From positions 35,650,001 through 35,714,000 of the forward strand of contig NC_042998.1 of assembly GCF_006345805.1 (NCBI RefSeq): a stretch of DNA of 64,000 nucleotides, in the 5' to 3' direction. This DNA comes from Octopus sinensis. Taxonomy: Eukaryota. Under the pieces are notes generated by a model. The model worked only from the letters and a program-made list of their open reading frames with translations, did no database searches and was not told the DNA's origin. The position numbers and the translations under genes are program-made. Shown piece by piece: positions 13,029 through 25,411 of this stretch. Each line of letters opens with the position of its first letter. Positions within the stretch are counted from its first letter, which is position 1.

Positions 13029-14618
13029 CTGAAACCAAAAAAAAAAAAAAAAAAGAGTGGAAGTAGTACAAAAGTCAGTTCAAAGTTGAACTCATGTTTA
13101 TATAAATACTTGCATACCGTGTATAGTTACACAGTTTCTATATCGTTAAAACTTATTAACCATCTTTTATAAGTCATCATCATCATCATCATTTAACATC
13201 CATCTGCCATGTTATTCCCATCACCCGCTTAATTTGCTGATTCAGTGAAGGGTGACTTTTTTTCCCCCCCATTATCACAGTAAAGTCTGCCACAAACTCC
13301 ATCCTACTATGGAATGCAGTGCTTACTCATTCACCTTGTTCAACTCAAATATTTCAGTGGATTTTACTCAAGGAATATAGGTCAATAAAATAGTTGACAA
13401 ATCATCACCATCATCATTATCATTGTTTAACATCTGTTTTCCATGCTGGCATGGGTTGGACGGTTTGACTGAGGTCTCCAATCTAATCTGGCAAAGTTTC
13501 TACAGCTGGATGCCCTTTCTAACGCCAACCACTCCAGGCACTTAATTATTTTTATTGATTCTACACCAGCTTCAAGTAAAAGTTACATCACTGAGTGAAA
13601 CGAGTACAGCACAGCTTCAATAGCAGAATGGGAAATTGTTGATATTACAAGCCAACAGATTTAAGCACTTAGTCCACTCTGTAAAATGGTTGGAATTAGG
13701 AAGGGCATATAAAAAAATTTCCATTTGATATTTATTTTGATGTTGATTTCAAGTACATCAATATCAAAATAAATATCAAATGGAAATTGTAGTTGTGATA
13801 CCTGTGCCAGTGGCACATAAAAAGCACCATCTGAACGTGGCTGATGCCAGCGCCACCTTGACTGTCTTCCATGCCGGTGGCATGTAAAAAGCACCAACCG
13901 ATCGTGCCCACTGCCAGCCTCCCCTGGCAACTGGTGCTGGTGGCACATAAAAAGCATCCACTACACTCACAGAGTCGTTGGCGTTAGGAAGGGCATCCAG
14001 CTGTAGAAACACTGCCAGATCAGACTGGAGCCTGGTACAGCCCCCTGGCTTCCCAGACCCCAGTCGAACCGTCCAACCCATGCTAGCTTGGAAAACGGAC
14101 GTTAAACGATAATGATGATGGTCTAGCCATAGAAACCATTCCAAAGCAGCCAATGAAGCCAGGTATGGCTCCTGGCCTTGCCAGATCCTGACACTAAAAT
14201 GTAGAACCCATGCCTGAATGGAAGGAAGACAGTAAATGATGATGATGATGTGCACGGCCCAGCCACACCCTCAGCACATTAGTGATCAGCCCCTCATGGC
14301 AACTAGCATTACACATCAAATGGATCAAGCTCAAATCCCGTTTCTCTTTACCCTCCACATATCTTCAGCATCCAACATCCATCCATCCTCAACAGGCTGC
14401 ACCATGCTTCATACAGACTTTCTTTCACACACACAAAAAAAAAAAGAAACCATTTGTTACAAACAGAAGTGGAAATTCCATTAATGTTTTCAACACATTG
14501 TCTTTGCTGCCACAACCAGCAGTCAACAGGGTTAGCTATCAACTCCATGCAATGAGTCACCCAGGTTGTTTTTCACTAAACTTCATGATTGCTCTCACAG
14601 TCAACTACTTACTTCTGT

Positions 14619-15095
14619 ACAGTTCTATATTTTAGAGATGAGGAATTATGTACATTATGTACATTATTTACGTTTGACAGATATTTGGCCTCATCTTGTT
14701 TGTTGTTAACACGTTTCGGCTGATATACCCTCCAGCCTTCATCAGGGGTCTTGGGGAAATTTCAAACCTGAGTTCTCATTCCTAAGGTATTTTTTTTTCA
14801 ATGTTGTTGTTATTATTATTATTATTATTATTCAGGTTACTGCCTGGAATCAAACTCGGAAGGATAGGAAAATATTAGCTTTATAAGCCCTAAAATTCAC
14901 TCCATAATTGCCCACAGGCATATTGGCATAGTGGTTAAGAGCGCAGGCTACTAACCCCAAGATTCTGAGTTCGATTCCATGCAGTGACTTGAATAATAAT
15001 ATCGAAAAATACCTTAGGAAGTTTCCCCAAGATACCTGGCTGGAGGGTATATCAGCCGAAACACGTTAACAAATATCCATCAAATGTAAATAATG
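14619..15095. mobile_element. Head-to-head inverted dimer of a tRNA-headed, (AAT)n-containing short retroelement, with 13-bp TSD
   Basis: Minus copy 14619-14862, plus copy 14917-15095; TACTTACTTCTGT at 14606-14618 and 15096-15108. Confidence 0.85.
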
Positions 15096-16536
15096 TACTT
15101 ACTTCTGTGTTCTATCATACTAGATGGCACTCTGCTACACATTTCACTGTTGAGGACCTAGTTTACTTAAATTACCAGATTATAGAGTGTGGGAGCCAAA
15201 TGAAGAAATGCCAAAGAGTTGGTTCCTAACTGAAAAGTTATTGCAAAAAAAAAAAGTAAATGTAGCTTCACATTTCATCAAAAGTACTTTCTCTCCACTG
15301 GGTCCCATAGTCTATTTGGGGTTGGCTTCTACAGCTGGATGCCCTTCCCAATGTCAACCATTTTACAGAGTGCTCCACTGGGTGATTTCTACATGGCACA
15401 GGCACACAGTGCAGTTTGTAAAGTGGTTGGCATTAGGAAGGGCATCAAGCTGTAGAAGCCACGTCAAAAAATGGTAAATATAAGCAAGATATGGACCCTG
15501 ACCCCCTTCAACCAGTATAATGAAAAAAAAAAAGATTATTGTGTTTCTATGCCTTCTACCATTATTAAAAAAAACCATTGTGACTTGCAAACAAAACAGG
15601 AGCAGCAAGGATGGAAATATTTTCAAAAAAGAGATAAAAACAACTACAAAACATCTCAATAGATTCTTTAATCGTCATCATCATCATCATCGTTTAATGT
15701 CCATTTTCCATGCTGGCATGGGTTGGACGGTTTGACTGAAGCTGACAAGGCCAGGAGCTGCACCAGATTCCGATTGTCTGTTTTGGCATAGTTTATATAG
15801 GTAGATGTCCTTCCTAACGCCAACCACTTCACAAAGTGTACTAGGCTTTTGCATGACACCAGCACAGGTGCCTTTTCATGGCAATGACACGAGTGCTTTT
15901 TATGTGGCACTACTTTTTACATGGCACCAAGACCAGATAAGCAATTATAAAAAAGTTGATTCTGAAATACAGTTAGCTGAAAAGACAGGCTTCAAATAAA
16001 TTAAATTAAATTAAAAATATATTCCCATAATATGCCGTTTGCCAGACTCGTCTGATACCTGTAGCGCCGCCCCAACTGGCCTCGTGCCAGTGGCACGTAA
16101 AAAGCACCATCCATTCGTGGCCATTGCCAGCCTCGCCTGGCCCTTGTGCCAGTGGCACATAAAAAGCACCATCCAATTGTGGTTGTTTGCCAGACTCGTC
16201 TGGCACGTAAAAAGCACCCACTACACTCATGGAGTGGTTGGCGTTAGGAAGGGCATCCAGCTGTAGAAACTCTGCTAGATCAAACTGGGCCTGGTGCAGC
16301 CTTCTGGCTTCCCAGACCCCAGTTGAACCGTCCAACCCATGCTAGCATGGAAAGCAGACGCTAAACGATGATGATGATGATTCCCATAAAATGATTTCCC
16401 TCAAATGTACTCCTTTCAGAAAGCTGTAATTGGCCCTTCAGAGCCGTGTCTGATAATAAAAGCCCCAAGAATGGAGATTGTTATTGTGTGAAGGGGGTAA
16501 AAAGAAAGAAAGAAAGAATAAAAGGAAAAAAATTAC

Positions 16537-16684
16537 CTCTGTACGTATTGTACGACTTCCTTGGTTTGGACAGGTGTTCAAATAATAGTGAAATAAGTAT
16601 CTAGGGTTATCCACTGTTAATTTGGCGTCAGCTTCCAGACTAGCTTCCAGGCCTTGTAAGCCACCAAACACCACCAAAGCATGC
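16537..16684 (-). CDS. SPOUT1: SPOUT1 coding exon 10 (HALVVFGGLQGLE...NTCPNQGSRTIRTE)
   Basis: SPOUT trefoil-knot motifs VVFGGLQGLE and NTCPxQGSRTIRTE; CATCTAG acceptor, GTAATT donor. Confidence 0.98.
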
Positions 16685-19311
16685 CTAGATGACAGTCAAA
16701 TAACAAGAGGAATAAAAATAATAGCTCCCTTAATGATAATGGAATGGTGTCATATATTAATTATAATTCTTTTTTTTTTTTCTGTAATAGGTATTTAGAT
16801 ATGAATTTGTATAACTAGATCAAAATAGAAAACTGGACGTGTTGAAAAGAACAGGTACTTCTCTCATGAGATTTTCGTATATATATATTAACAATGGTGT
16901 GGAGAAGTACAACATAATTAAAATGGTAAGTCAGGAACACTGCATTGATCTCTACTGCAAAAGTAGAATCTCTTAGAAGAAAATTTGTGAAATCTCGGCT
17001 TCATAGGAATATTGAACCCATTCTAGTATCATTTTTATGACAAAAATGTGAATGGTTTAGCATCATAACAAGTGATTACAGTAAACTATAGAATGAAAGT
17101 AGACAGTATGCAAAATACCTTGTTTTCATAAGTCTTGAATTAAAATCTTCCACCAAACCTTAGTCACAATTTATGTTCCTAACACTAACTTAATGATAAC
17201 TAAGTTATTTTACTAAATTCTTTGTTCATCATCATCATCGTTTAACGTCCATTTTCCATGCTAGCATGGGTTGGACGGTTCGACCGGGGTCTCGGAAGCC
17301 AGGAGGCTGCACCAGGCTCCAGTCTGATCTGGCAGTGTTCCTACAGCTGGACGCCCTTCCTAATGCCAACACAGAGCATTTCAAAATAAATACAGTAACA
17401 TAAGGGTTAAGCTAAATGGTCGTATGAGATGGATGTAGTGAGTTAAACCAATTTTAGCCTATCCTTTGTATATATTTTACCAAGTAGAGAGGGATGAAAG
17501 CTAAAGTTTCTGGTCTCAGATATTTGAACTCTGAATCTAGACAGAGAATGGCTTTATCATCTCTGTGGCCTGATGGTTAGGGTGTTGCACTCACAACTGC
17601 TAGATTGTGGGTTCAATTTCTGCACTGGGTGGTGCATTGTGTTCTTGAGCAAAATACTTCACTTCGCATTGCTCCAGTCCAACCCAACTGCAATGGACTA
17701 GCCTTCCAATCAGGGGAAATGTTGGCCTGCTGCTCGTGCCAGTGGGGTGGCATCATTCAAGAGGTAAAACAATGTGAAGCGCATTGTGACCAGCAATGTA
17801 TAACAACATCTGATAGTCTGGTCAATACTCTGATACAATAATATATAATAATAATAATAATAATTATAGTTTCTAAAATAGGCACAGGGCTCTAGCACAA
17901 TAGGGAGGAAGGGGATCAGTGAATATCAACCCTAGTATTTGACTGGTATCTCTATTTTATCAACCTCAGGGGGATGATCAACAAAGTAGAGCTTGACAAG
18001 ATTCGAACTCAGAATATAAAGAACCACAACAAATGCCACAAGGCATGTTTTTGTGACATGCAAAGGATTCTGCAACCCTTCAACCCTTCAATTTGTTTTA
18101 TGTTCAAATCAGCCTCTCGCACTAAACCTAATATATCCTTCTAAAATTAAACAATTAGCCTCACAGAAGCAATGACAAGAGACCAAGACCTTTGGAGATA
18201 TGTTGTGATTGAGAAGACCCAGCAACTAAAATGAGATTGCAGCCATGGCCGATGTCACTGTTGCATGTCCGGCCCATTTAAGAGGACCCTTGATGCATTG
18301 GGTGATATGATATGCTTGAGAAGACCTGTTGAGTCAAGTAAAACCAAAGTCATAGCCATGGCCAGTGCCCCCTGACTGGCTCCTGTTCCGGTGGCACATA
18401 AAATGCATTATCCGAATGTGGTTGATGCCAGTATCCCCTGACTGACTCCTGTGCCGGTGACATGTAAAAAGTATTATCCAAATGTAATCAATGCCAGGCC
18501 GGCTCCCGTGCTGGTGGCATGTAAAAAGTGCCATCCAAAAGTGGCCAATGCCAGTGCCCCATGCCGGTGGCACATAAAAAGCACTATCCTAATGTGATTG
18601 ATGCCAGGGCCGCCTGACTGGCTCCTGTGCCGGTGGCACGTAAAAAGCACTGACTACACTCTTGGAGTGGTTGGCATTAGGAAGGGCATCCAGTTGTAGA
18701 AACATTGCCAGATCAGATTAGAACCTGGTCCAGCTGCTGGCTCTCTCAGTCAAACAGTCCAACCCATGCCAGCATGGAAAATGGGCGTTAAACGATGATG
18801 ATGATGACATCATTGAAATCTCAAAGGCATGAGGTGAATGCTCGGTTAATTACAAACACCTGAATGCTAAAGAGTTAAATAATTGTTTTTAGCCTAAGAG
18901 GCAGATATTTATGACAGGTACTTTTTATTGGCCTTCAAAAGATGAAAGACAAATTTAACCTAGGCCAGGATTTGAAATCAGAATGTAAAAGTATCAAATA
19001 CCACAAGGTATTTTTGTCCATCGCCTTACCAATTCTACTCTCTACAACCCGTGAGGAACAAGTCCAATGACAGGACTGAAACCATGGATTTCATACTATC
19101 TGGTGGCAGCAAGACTAACTGCACTGGACAGTGTAACCACACACATCTCAATGAAATAAAGTGTCTTGCTCAAGGACACAAAACACTGCTGGGAATTGAA
19201 CTCACAACCTAATAAATGTGAGCCAAATACCCCAACCACTATGCCACACATCTTCACTACCCATAACACATAATAGAGTTATTATATTTCAAAAAGAAGT
19301 ACAAGACAAAC

Positions 19312-19513
19312 CTAAATTTTTCTAGCTTCAATTCATCAACACTCGTTCCTTTATCAGATGTTCCAATGATGGTGTCGTAACCCTCTTCATAAGGACACTC
19401 AGTGATCACAGAGCTCAAGCTATCAGCCATTCTCACAGTATAACCCCAATAAATACCGGCTTCTGTACGGGGAGTTGAGAAAGAAACGGCTGTGCCCTTC
19501 AGAATGTTCGTTT
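19312..19513 (-). CDS. SPOUT1: SPOUT1 coding exon 9 (...PRTEAGIYWGYTVRMA...GYDTIIGTSDKG...KF)
   Basis: Conserved G(L/I)YWGYTVR and GYDxxIGTSxxG motifs; 202 nt, phase 1 to 2. Confidence 0.97.
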
Positions 19514-19612
19514 CTGAAAAAGTATACGTAAGGATTTACAATCATCAATCTGTATTATTTGTCTTGACACTAATATTTATATTTTATGGGAAAGGATATT
19601 ACCAAAGCCAAT

Positions 19613-19763
19613 TCAGAAATAAGGAATCATTATTTACATTTGACAGATATTTGTCCTCGTCTTGTTTGTTATTAACACGTTTCGGCTGATATACACTCCA
19701 GCCTTCATCTGGTGTCTTGGGGAAATTTCGAACCTGGGTTCTCATTCCTAAGGTATTTTTCGA

Positions 19764-19800
<37 letters not shown>

Positions 19801-20585
19801 TTCTATATTTAAGAGATGAAGAATTATGTACATTATTTACATTTGACGGATATTAACGTTTCAGCTCCAACCTTCATCAGATGTCTTGGGGAAATCTCAA
19901 ACCTTCATCAGATGTCTTGGGGAAATTTCAAACCTAGGTTCTCATTCCTAAGGTATTTTTCGATGTTATTATTATTATTATATTATTATTATTATTATTA
20001 TTCAGTTCTATATTTAAGAGATGAAGAATTATGTACATTATTTACATTTGACGGATATTAACGTTTCAGCTCCAACCTTCATCAGATGTCTTGGGGAAAT
20101 CTCAAACCTAGGTTCTCATTCCTAAGGTATTTTTCGATGTTATTATTATTATTATTATTATTCAGTTCTATATTTAAGAGATGAGGAATTATGTACATTA
20201 TTTACATTTGACGGATATTAACGTTTCGGCTGATATACCCTCCAGCCTTCATCAGGTATCTGGGGAAATTTCGAACATTGGTTCTCATTTCCAAGGTAAT
20301 TTTTGATGTTATTATTATTATTCAGTTCTATATTTAAGAGATGAGGAATTATGTGCATCATTTACATTTAACGGACATTTTTCCTCATCTTTTGTTGTTA
20401 ACACGTTTCAGCTGATAAACTCTCCAGCTTTCATCAGGTGTCCTGGGGTAATTTCAAACCCTCATTGCTATGGTATTTTTCCGATGTTGTTGTTATCACT
20501 ATTATTATTATTATTATTATTAAAGTCACTGCCTGGAATTGAACTCAGAATCTTGGGGTCAGTAGCCTGCACTCTTAACCACTGT
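19613..20585 (-). mobile_element. Five-unit tandem array of the same element's body behind a single tRNA-like head
   Basis: Units start at about 19613, 19798, 20003, 20163 and 20323, separated by (ATT)n; head at about 20523-20585. Confidence 0.9.
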
Positions 20586-21639
20586 ACTAATATTTATATC
20601 TGTATTCAATTAGAACTGTAATACATTAGTGTAAAGCTCTGGCCAGCTGAATCGGCAATTTTAATTCCAGGCTGAAAAGTGACTACTGCCCTTTTTCCTG
20701 GGAAAAGGAATGAATGTTGTAACTTTTATCCAGTATTTCCTGAAAATTCTAAAGCTTCATCCCTAAAATGAGGTGTAATGAGGGGGGGGCGTCATTCCAA
20801 GGTATCTTTCCTGGCACCGTGTTATAGTGTTGCAACAAATTACATCAAGCAATGGAAATCTTGTAAGAATAATAACAATCCTTAATATAACCAGCCCACT
20901 CAAAAAGTACCTTGGATTATAGGGTAACATGCCGTGCTTGAGGAGACCTATTGAGTCAAGTACATCAACATCAAATCATATTACAATCAAATAGAAATTG
21001 TGGTTGTGGTCTCTGTGCTGGTGGCACATAAAAAGCACCATCTGGATGTGGTCGATGCCAGCCCCCTTGCCTCAAGGGCTTCTGTGCCATGCCACATAAA
21101 AAGCACCATCCAAACATGGCCAATGCCAGCACCGCCTTGACTGGCTCCCGTGCCAGTATCACGTGAAAAGCACCCACTACACTCTCAGAATGGTTGGCAT
21201 TAGGAAGGTCATCCAGCTGTAGAAACATTGCCAGATCAGACTGGTGCCTGGTGCAGCCTCCATGGCTTTCCAGACCCCAGTCAAACCATCAAACGCATGT
21301 CAGCATGGAAAATGGATGTTAAACGATGAATAATAATAATAATAACAATAATAATAATAATCCTTTCTACTAAAGACACAAGACACTTTGAACTGGGACC
21401 TGAAGACAGACAAAATGCTGCTAAGCATTTCTCCTGGTGTGCTAATGGTTTTGCCAGCTCACCACTTTTGTAAGAGTAATAAGAATGAATTTATTGCATA
21501 CAATACTCAGGTGCAGCGCTATTCATCATAAAAAGTAGCCAAAAAGGGCCTGAATGGTACAGAGAATAAATGCACCATAAGTGAACAGTGAATGAGTCAT
21601 TTAAAATAAAGAGTGGGGTTAGCATCAGGCATACTATAA

Positions 21640-22260
21640 TAATAATGAAATTATTGCATACAGTGCTCAGGTGCACCACAACTTGTCAAAAGTGCGTATA
21701 AAGCATATGCAGTAATGTAAAAATGTCTGGAAAGCGAACAGTGTATGAGTCAGATACATGCTTGCGTGTGTATGGAGAGGAGAAAATCAGGTGTAGTGTT
21801 GGTGAATCTCAAGGAAGCATACTGTTCATAAATTTCAAGAAGCAACAGCTAACAACTGTTGGGGGTAGTTTATTCCATGCTTTAGAAATTCTGAAGATGT
21901 TCCTGAAAGTCATGGGGTCTGTGTTGCTTCTTGATTCTTTAAACATGTCCACAAGCGTTAGTCATATGGAATTCAAAAGAGTGGCCAAGGTTGTCGATGG
22001 AAAGATTATGGATAATCTCGTGGGTGTCTGCCAAGTCTGTTGCCAGACATCAGAGCTTTGATGTGTCCATGCCCAGGGATGCAAAGCGTTCAGAGTATGG
22101 TAGATGCCCGGCGGTGAGTACACCGTCTGGTCGGATGTTTCTGTAACAGTCAGCAATATAATCGCTTATCTTAGTGTAGCTGGGCAAGGTAGATAACTCT
22201 GCTTGCTCCGGTTCGCCCGTCAAGCAGAAAACAAGTTCTATTTTTTTCTCTTCATGGTCA
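21640..22260 (-). mobile_element. CR1-group LINE 3' end with (ATT)n tail
   Basis: HLPYSERFASLGMDT...DLADTHEIIH-like frames, similar to the 10.1-kb relic; ends ...gcaataatttcattattattat. Confidence 0.7.
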
Positions 22261-23139
22261 AGTGGCCAGGAACAAGAAAGTTTCTAACAGTAAACCCTGT
22301 TTGGGACACAAGAGACTATAATTCATTGAATTGACCTAGTATATCACTGGTATGTACTTTATTTATCTTCTTTGGACAAAAGCAAAACTTGGCTTGTACA
22401 GTAATTGATAACAGCAAAATTTTGAAATTCAGATGCTTAAGAGCGCCTCCAGTATACCTTAGTGATTTACCTGCTCTCAAAGAGAACAACAATCATGTCT
22501 GACTCGAACCCAAAGCCATTACTCGCCCCATCAGTTGAGTGGTCCTTTATTTTATCAACCCCAGATAAATAAAATGTTACCCTTTTAATTCAATTCCAAC
22601 AGCATTTCAATAAAGAACACAAAGGGGCAGAATCAAATATGACAAGGTATTCACATTAGTCAGGAACTAAACCAATGGGACTCAACTAGGGTCCATATGA
22701 CCTTGGGGAGTGGGGGGATTAAGAATCGTTGTTAAAAACTGTGTGCAATAAACTGTTTATACTTCTATAAAACACAATATTTTAACAATTCTTTTATGCA
22801 ATTTCAAATAATATTTAATTATAGGTGCAGGAGTGGTTGTATGGTAAGAAGCTTACTTCCCAACCACATGGTTCTGGGTTCAGTCCCATTGTGTGGCACC
22901 TTGGGCAAGTGTCTTCTACTATAGCCTCAGGCCGACCAAAGCCTTGTGAGTGGATTTGGTAGATGGAAACTGAAAGAAACCTGTTGTATATATATATGTA
23001 TGTTTAATGTTTGTGTCTGTGTTTGTCCCCCACCATTGCTTGACAACCAATGATGGTGTGTTTACATCCTTGTAACTTAGCAGTTCGGCAAAAGGACCCG
23101 ATAAAATAAGTACTAGGTTTACAAAGAATAAGTCCTGGA

Positions 23140-23641
23140 GGAACAAAATCCCATCATAACTGTTGAGGAACTAGCAGAGAAGCTTGGATTTGGTCATTCA
23201 ACCATTCATCGACACCAGCACAACAAGAAAAACAATTATCTTTGGTTTCAAGACAAAAGGTGTTCTTTCATCAGGATAATGTTCGACCACATACAGCGAG
23301 GATGACATTCCAAAGGCTGGAGCAGTTTGAATAGGAAACGATGCCCCAAACACCATATTCACCGGACATTACCCCATCTGATTATCATTTATTCAGCTGT
23401 CTTCAAAATCATTTGGACAGAAAAAATGTGAATTCTGTTGACAAGGTCAGAACAGTACTGGAGGAGTATTTTTCATCACGGACAAGTGAATTTTGGAAGA
23501 GGGGCCTTTCAAGTTTAACAGATAGATAGAAGAGCATTACAGAAAATAAAGGAGAGTATATTTTAGATTAAAAAATAACTTTGTTTATCTTAATTTTGAA
23601 AAATAAAAGTATAAATGCATTATTTATGAGATGACCCAATA
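23140..23641 (+). mobile_element. Internally deleted mariner relic
   Basis: FHQDNVRPH and PYSPDITPSDYHLF motifs; right terminus ttatttatgagatgacccaata followed by TA. Confidence 0.85.
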
Positions 23642-23984
23642 TTCAGTTCACTTCTGCCAAATGCTATCCATACTCTAAGTCTGAGATTGTAGAGAACAAG
23701 AAATATGAAGCTTTGACAACCATATAGTTTCTGTGAATATCAGCAACAACATCGGAGACATTTGGCTGTCTTACGCTTTTTTCAAAAATAAACAAGAGAA
23801 GCTAAGAAAATTGGATTTTTTTTTTCCTTCATCAAGAATTGAAACCCAGTCCTGGATTAAGCTTGCCAGGAACTTAACTCCTCCTTTGTGGTTCTCAGTA
23901 ACACAATGAGAGTAACAACAATGGCTACTGAGCAGAGGAGTGAGTGGAATTATATCCATTTACTGGTATATTACATATACTCAC

Positions 23985-24054
23985 TGGAACGTACGGTATT
24001 TAATTTCACAGTTACACGCTGTCCACTGGGAATGGTTTGGTCTACAAGAACTTT
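23985..24054 (-). CDS. SPOUT1: SPOUT1 coding exon 8 (KVLVDQTIPSGQRVTVKLNTVRS)
   Basis: Match to EVKIDKNLEPGLRVTVRL; TTTCAG acceptor, GTGAGT donor. Confidence 0.95.
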
Positions 24055-25280
24055 CTGAAAAAGAAAGAAAGATTTTCTGAAAGAACTGAAAAAATCTGGT
24101 TTCAGGAGTTCATCCCTCATCATCTGTTACACTTCTCACTCCAGCACATTTACCCATCCACCCACTTTTTCTGTCCCTTTATCCTATTCTCTTTGTATTC
24201 TCACATCCATCTCTCTAAACGGGCAGGCCATGTAAGGGACACCAGCACCTGTTCCTTTATCTTACTTTCATATCCCTCAATACTACACCCCACTCAGTTG
24301 AGGAGTCTTGTCTCACAGGTACTTAGTCATCATCATCATTTAATGTCCGCTTTCCATGAGGTCTGGAGAGCCAGAAGCCTGCACAAGGCTCCAATCTGAC
24401 CTGGCGAAGTTTCTACAGCTGGATGCCCTTCCTAACGCCAACCACTCCAAGAGTGCAGTGGGTGCTTTTTACGTGCCACTGGCATGAGGGCCAGTCAAGC
24501 AGTTCTAGCAACGACCATGCTCAAAAGATGTTTTTTACATGCCACCTGCATGGGAGCAAGTCTGGCGGCACTGGCAACAACCACGCTCAAATATTCTTTT
24601 TCACTTGCCACCAGCAACGATCACACTCAATCATGACGCTGGCAACAATCATGCTCAAATGGTGCTTTTTACATGTCACCGGCACCAATACTAATAACAA
24701 AAAGCACCCAACAGACTCTGTGAAGTGGTTGGCATTAAGAAAGGCATCCAGTTGCAGGAACCATGCCAAGGAAAAAGGGATATCAAATGATGGTGGCGAT
24801 AATCCAACAAAGGATCATTATGCTTCCAATAACCATTCATTATGTCAGCAATATACATTTAGCTTGAAACAGGTATTCCTTAACTGAACATTGAAAACTA
24901 AATGTACATCTTATTCAAGATAACGTCACTTGATTTGTTACCAGCATATTACTGGTATTTATATTGGGACACACAAAATTTGAGTGCAATTGGTTTTGCA
25001 CCCAAAACAATGACAAAAATAAACATTGCAGAAAATCTGATCTCATACAAAAGGCTTGTGAAGCTAAGGAGCTGGACTACGAATCATAAGATCGTCTGTT
25101 CAAATCTTACTGCAGCCCTTCTGTTAAACCCCTGGGTAAAGCATTCGGCAAATTTCATTTATTCCTTTCAGGTACAGCATTTCTGTAGTAAAATAGATAC
25201 GACACAGCTTTCAAAAGATATTTTCTCCTCACGAAAACATCCCATATGTTAAAATAGGAATAATCGATGCTAAACATTAC

Positions 25281-25411
25281 CTTTTTCAGACCCACATCCA
25301 CCAGACTGCCTCTGCCAGGTTCCGAAGATTCACTATGAACTACCCCTTCTCGATATATACTCTCTTCACCAACAGACATATGATGTGGAGAGGCTACAGG
25401 ATTTAAGACAC
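25281..25411 (-). CDS. SPOUT1: SPOUT1 coding exon 7 (GVLNPVASPHHMSVGEESIYREGVV...DVGLKK)
   Basis: Match to GLLNPLDSPHHM...REG...GMKK; TTCCAG acceptor, GTAATG donor. Confidence 0.97.

Noticed and set aside
16791-16854. Plus-strand exon-like segment (poly-T...AG...GTACTT)
   Set aside because: All three frames contain stops; at most an unsupported antisense non-coding exon.
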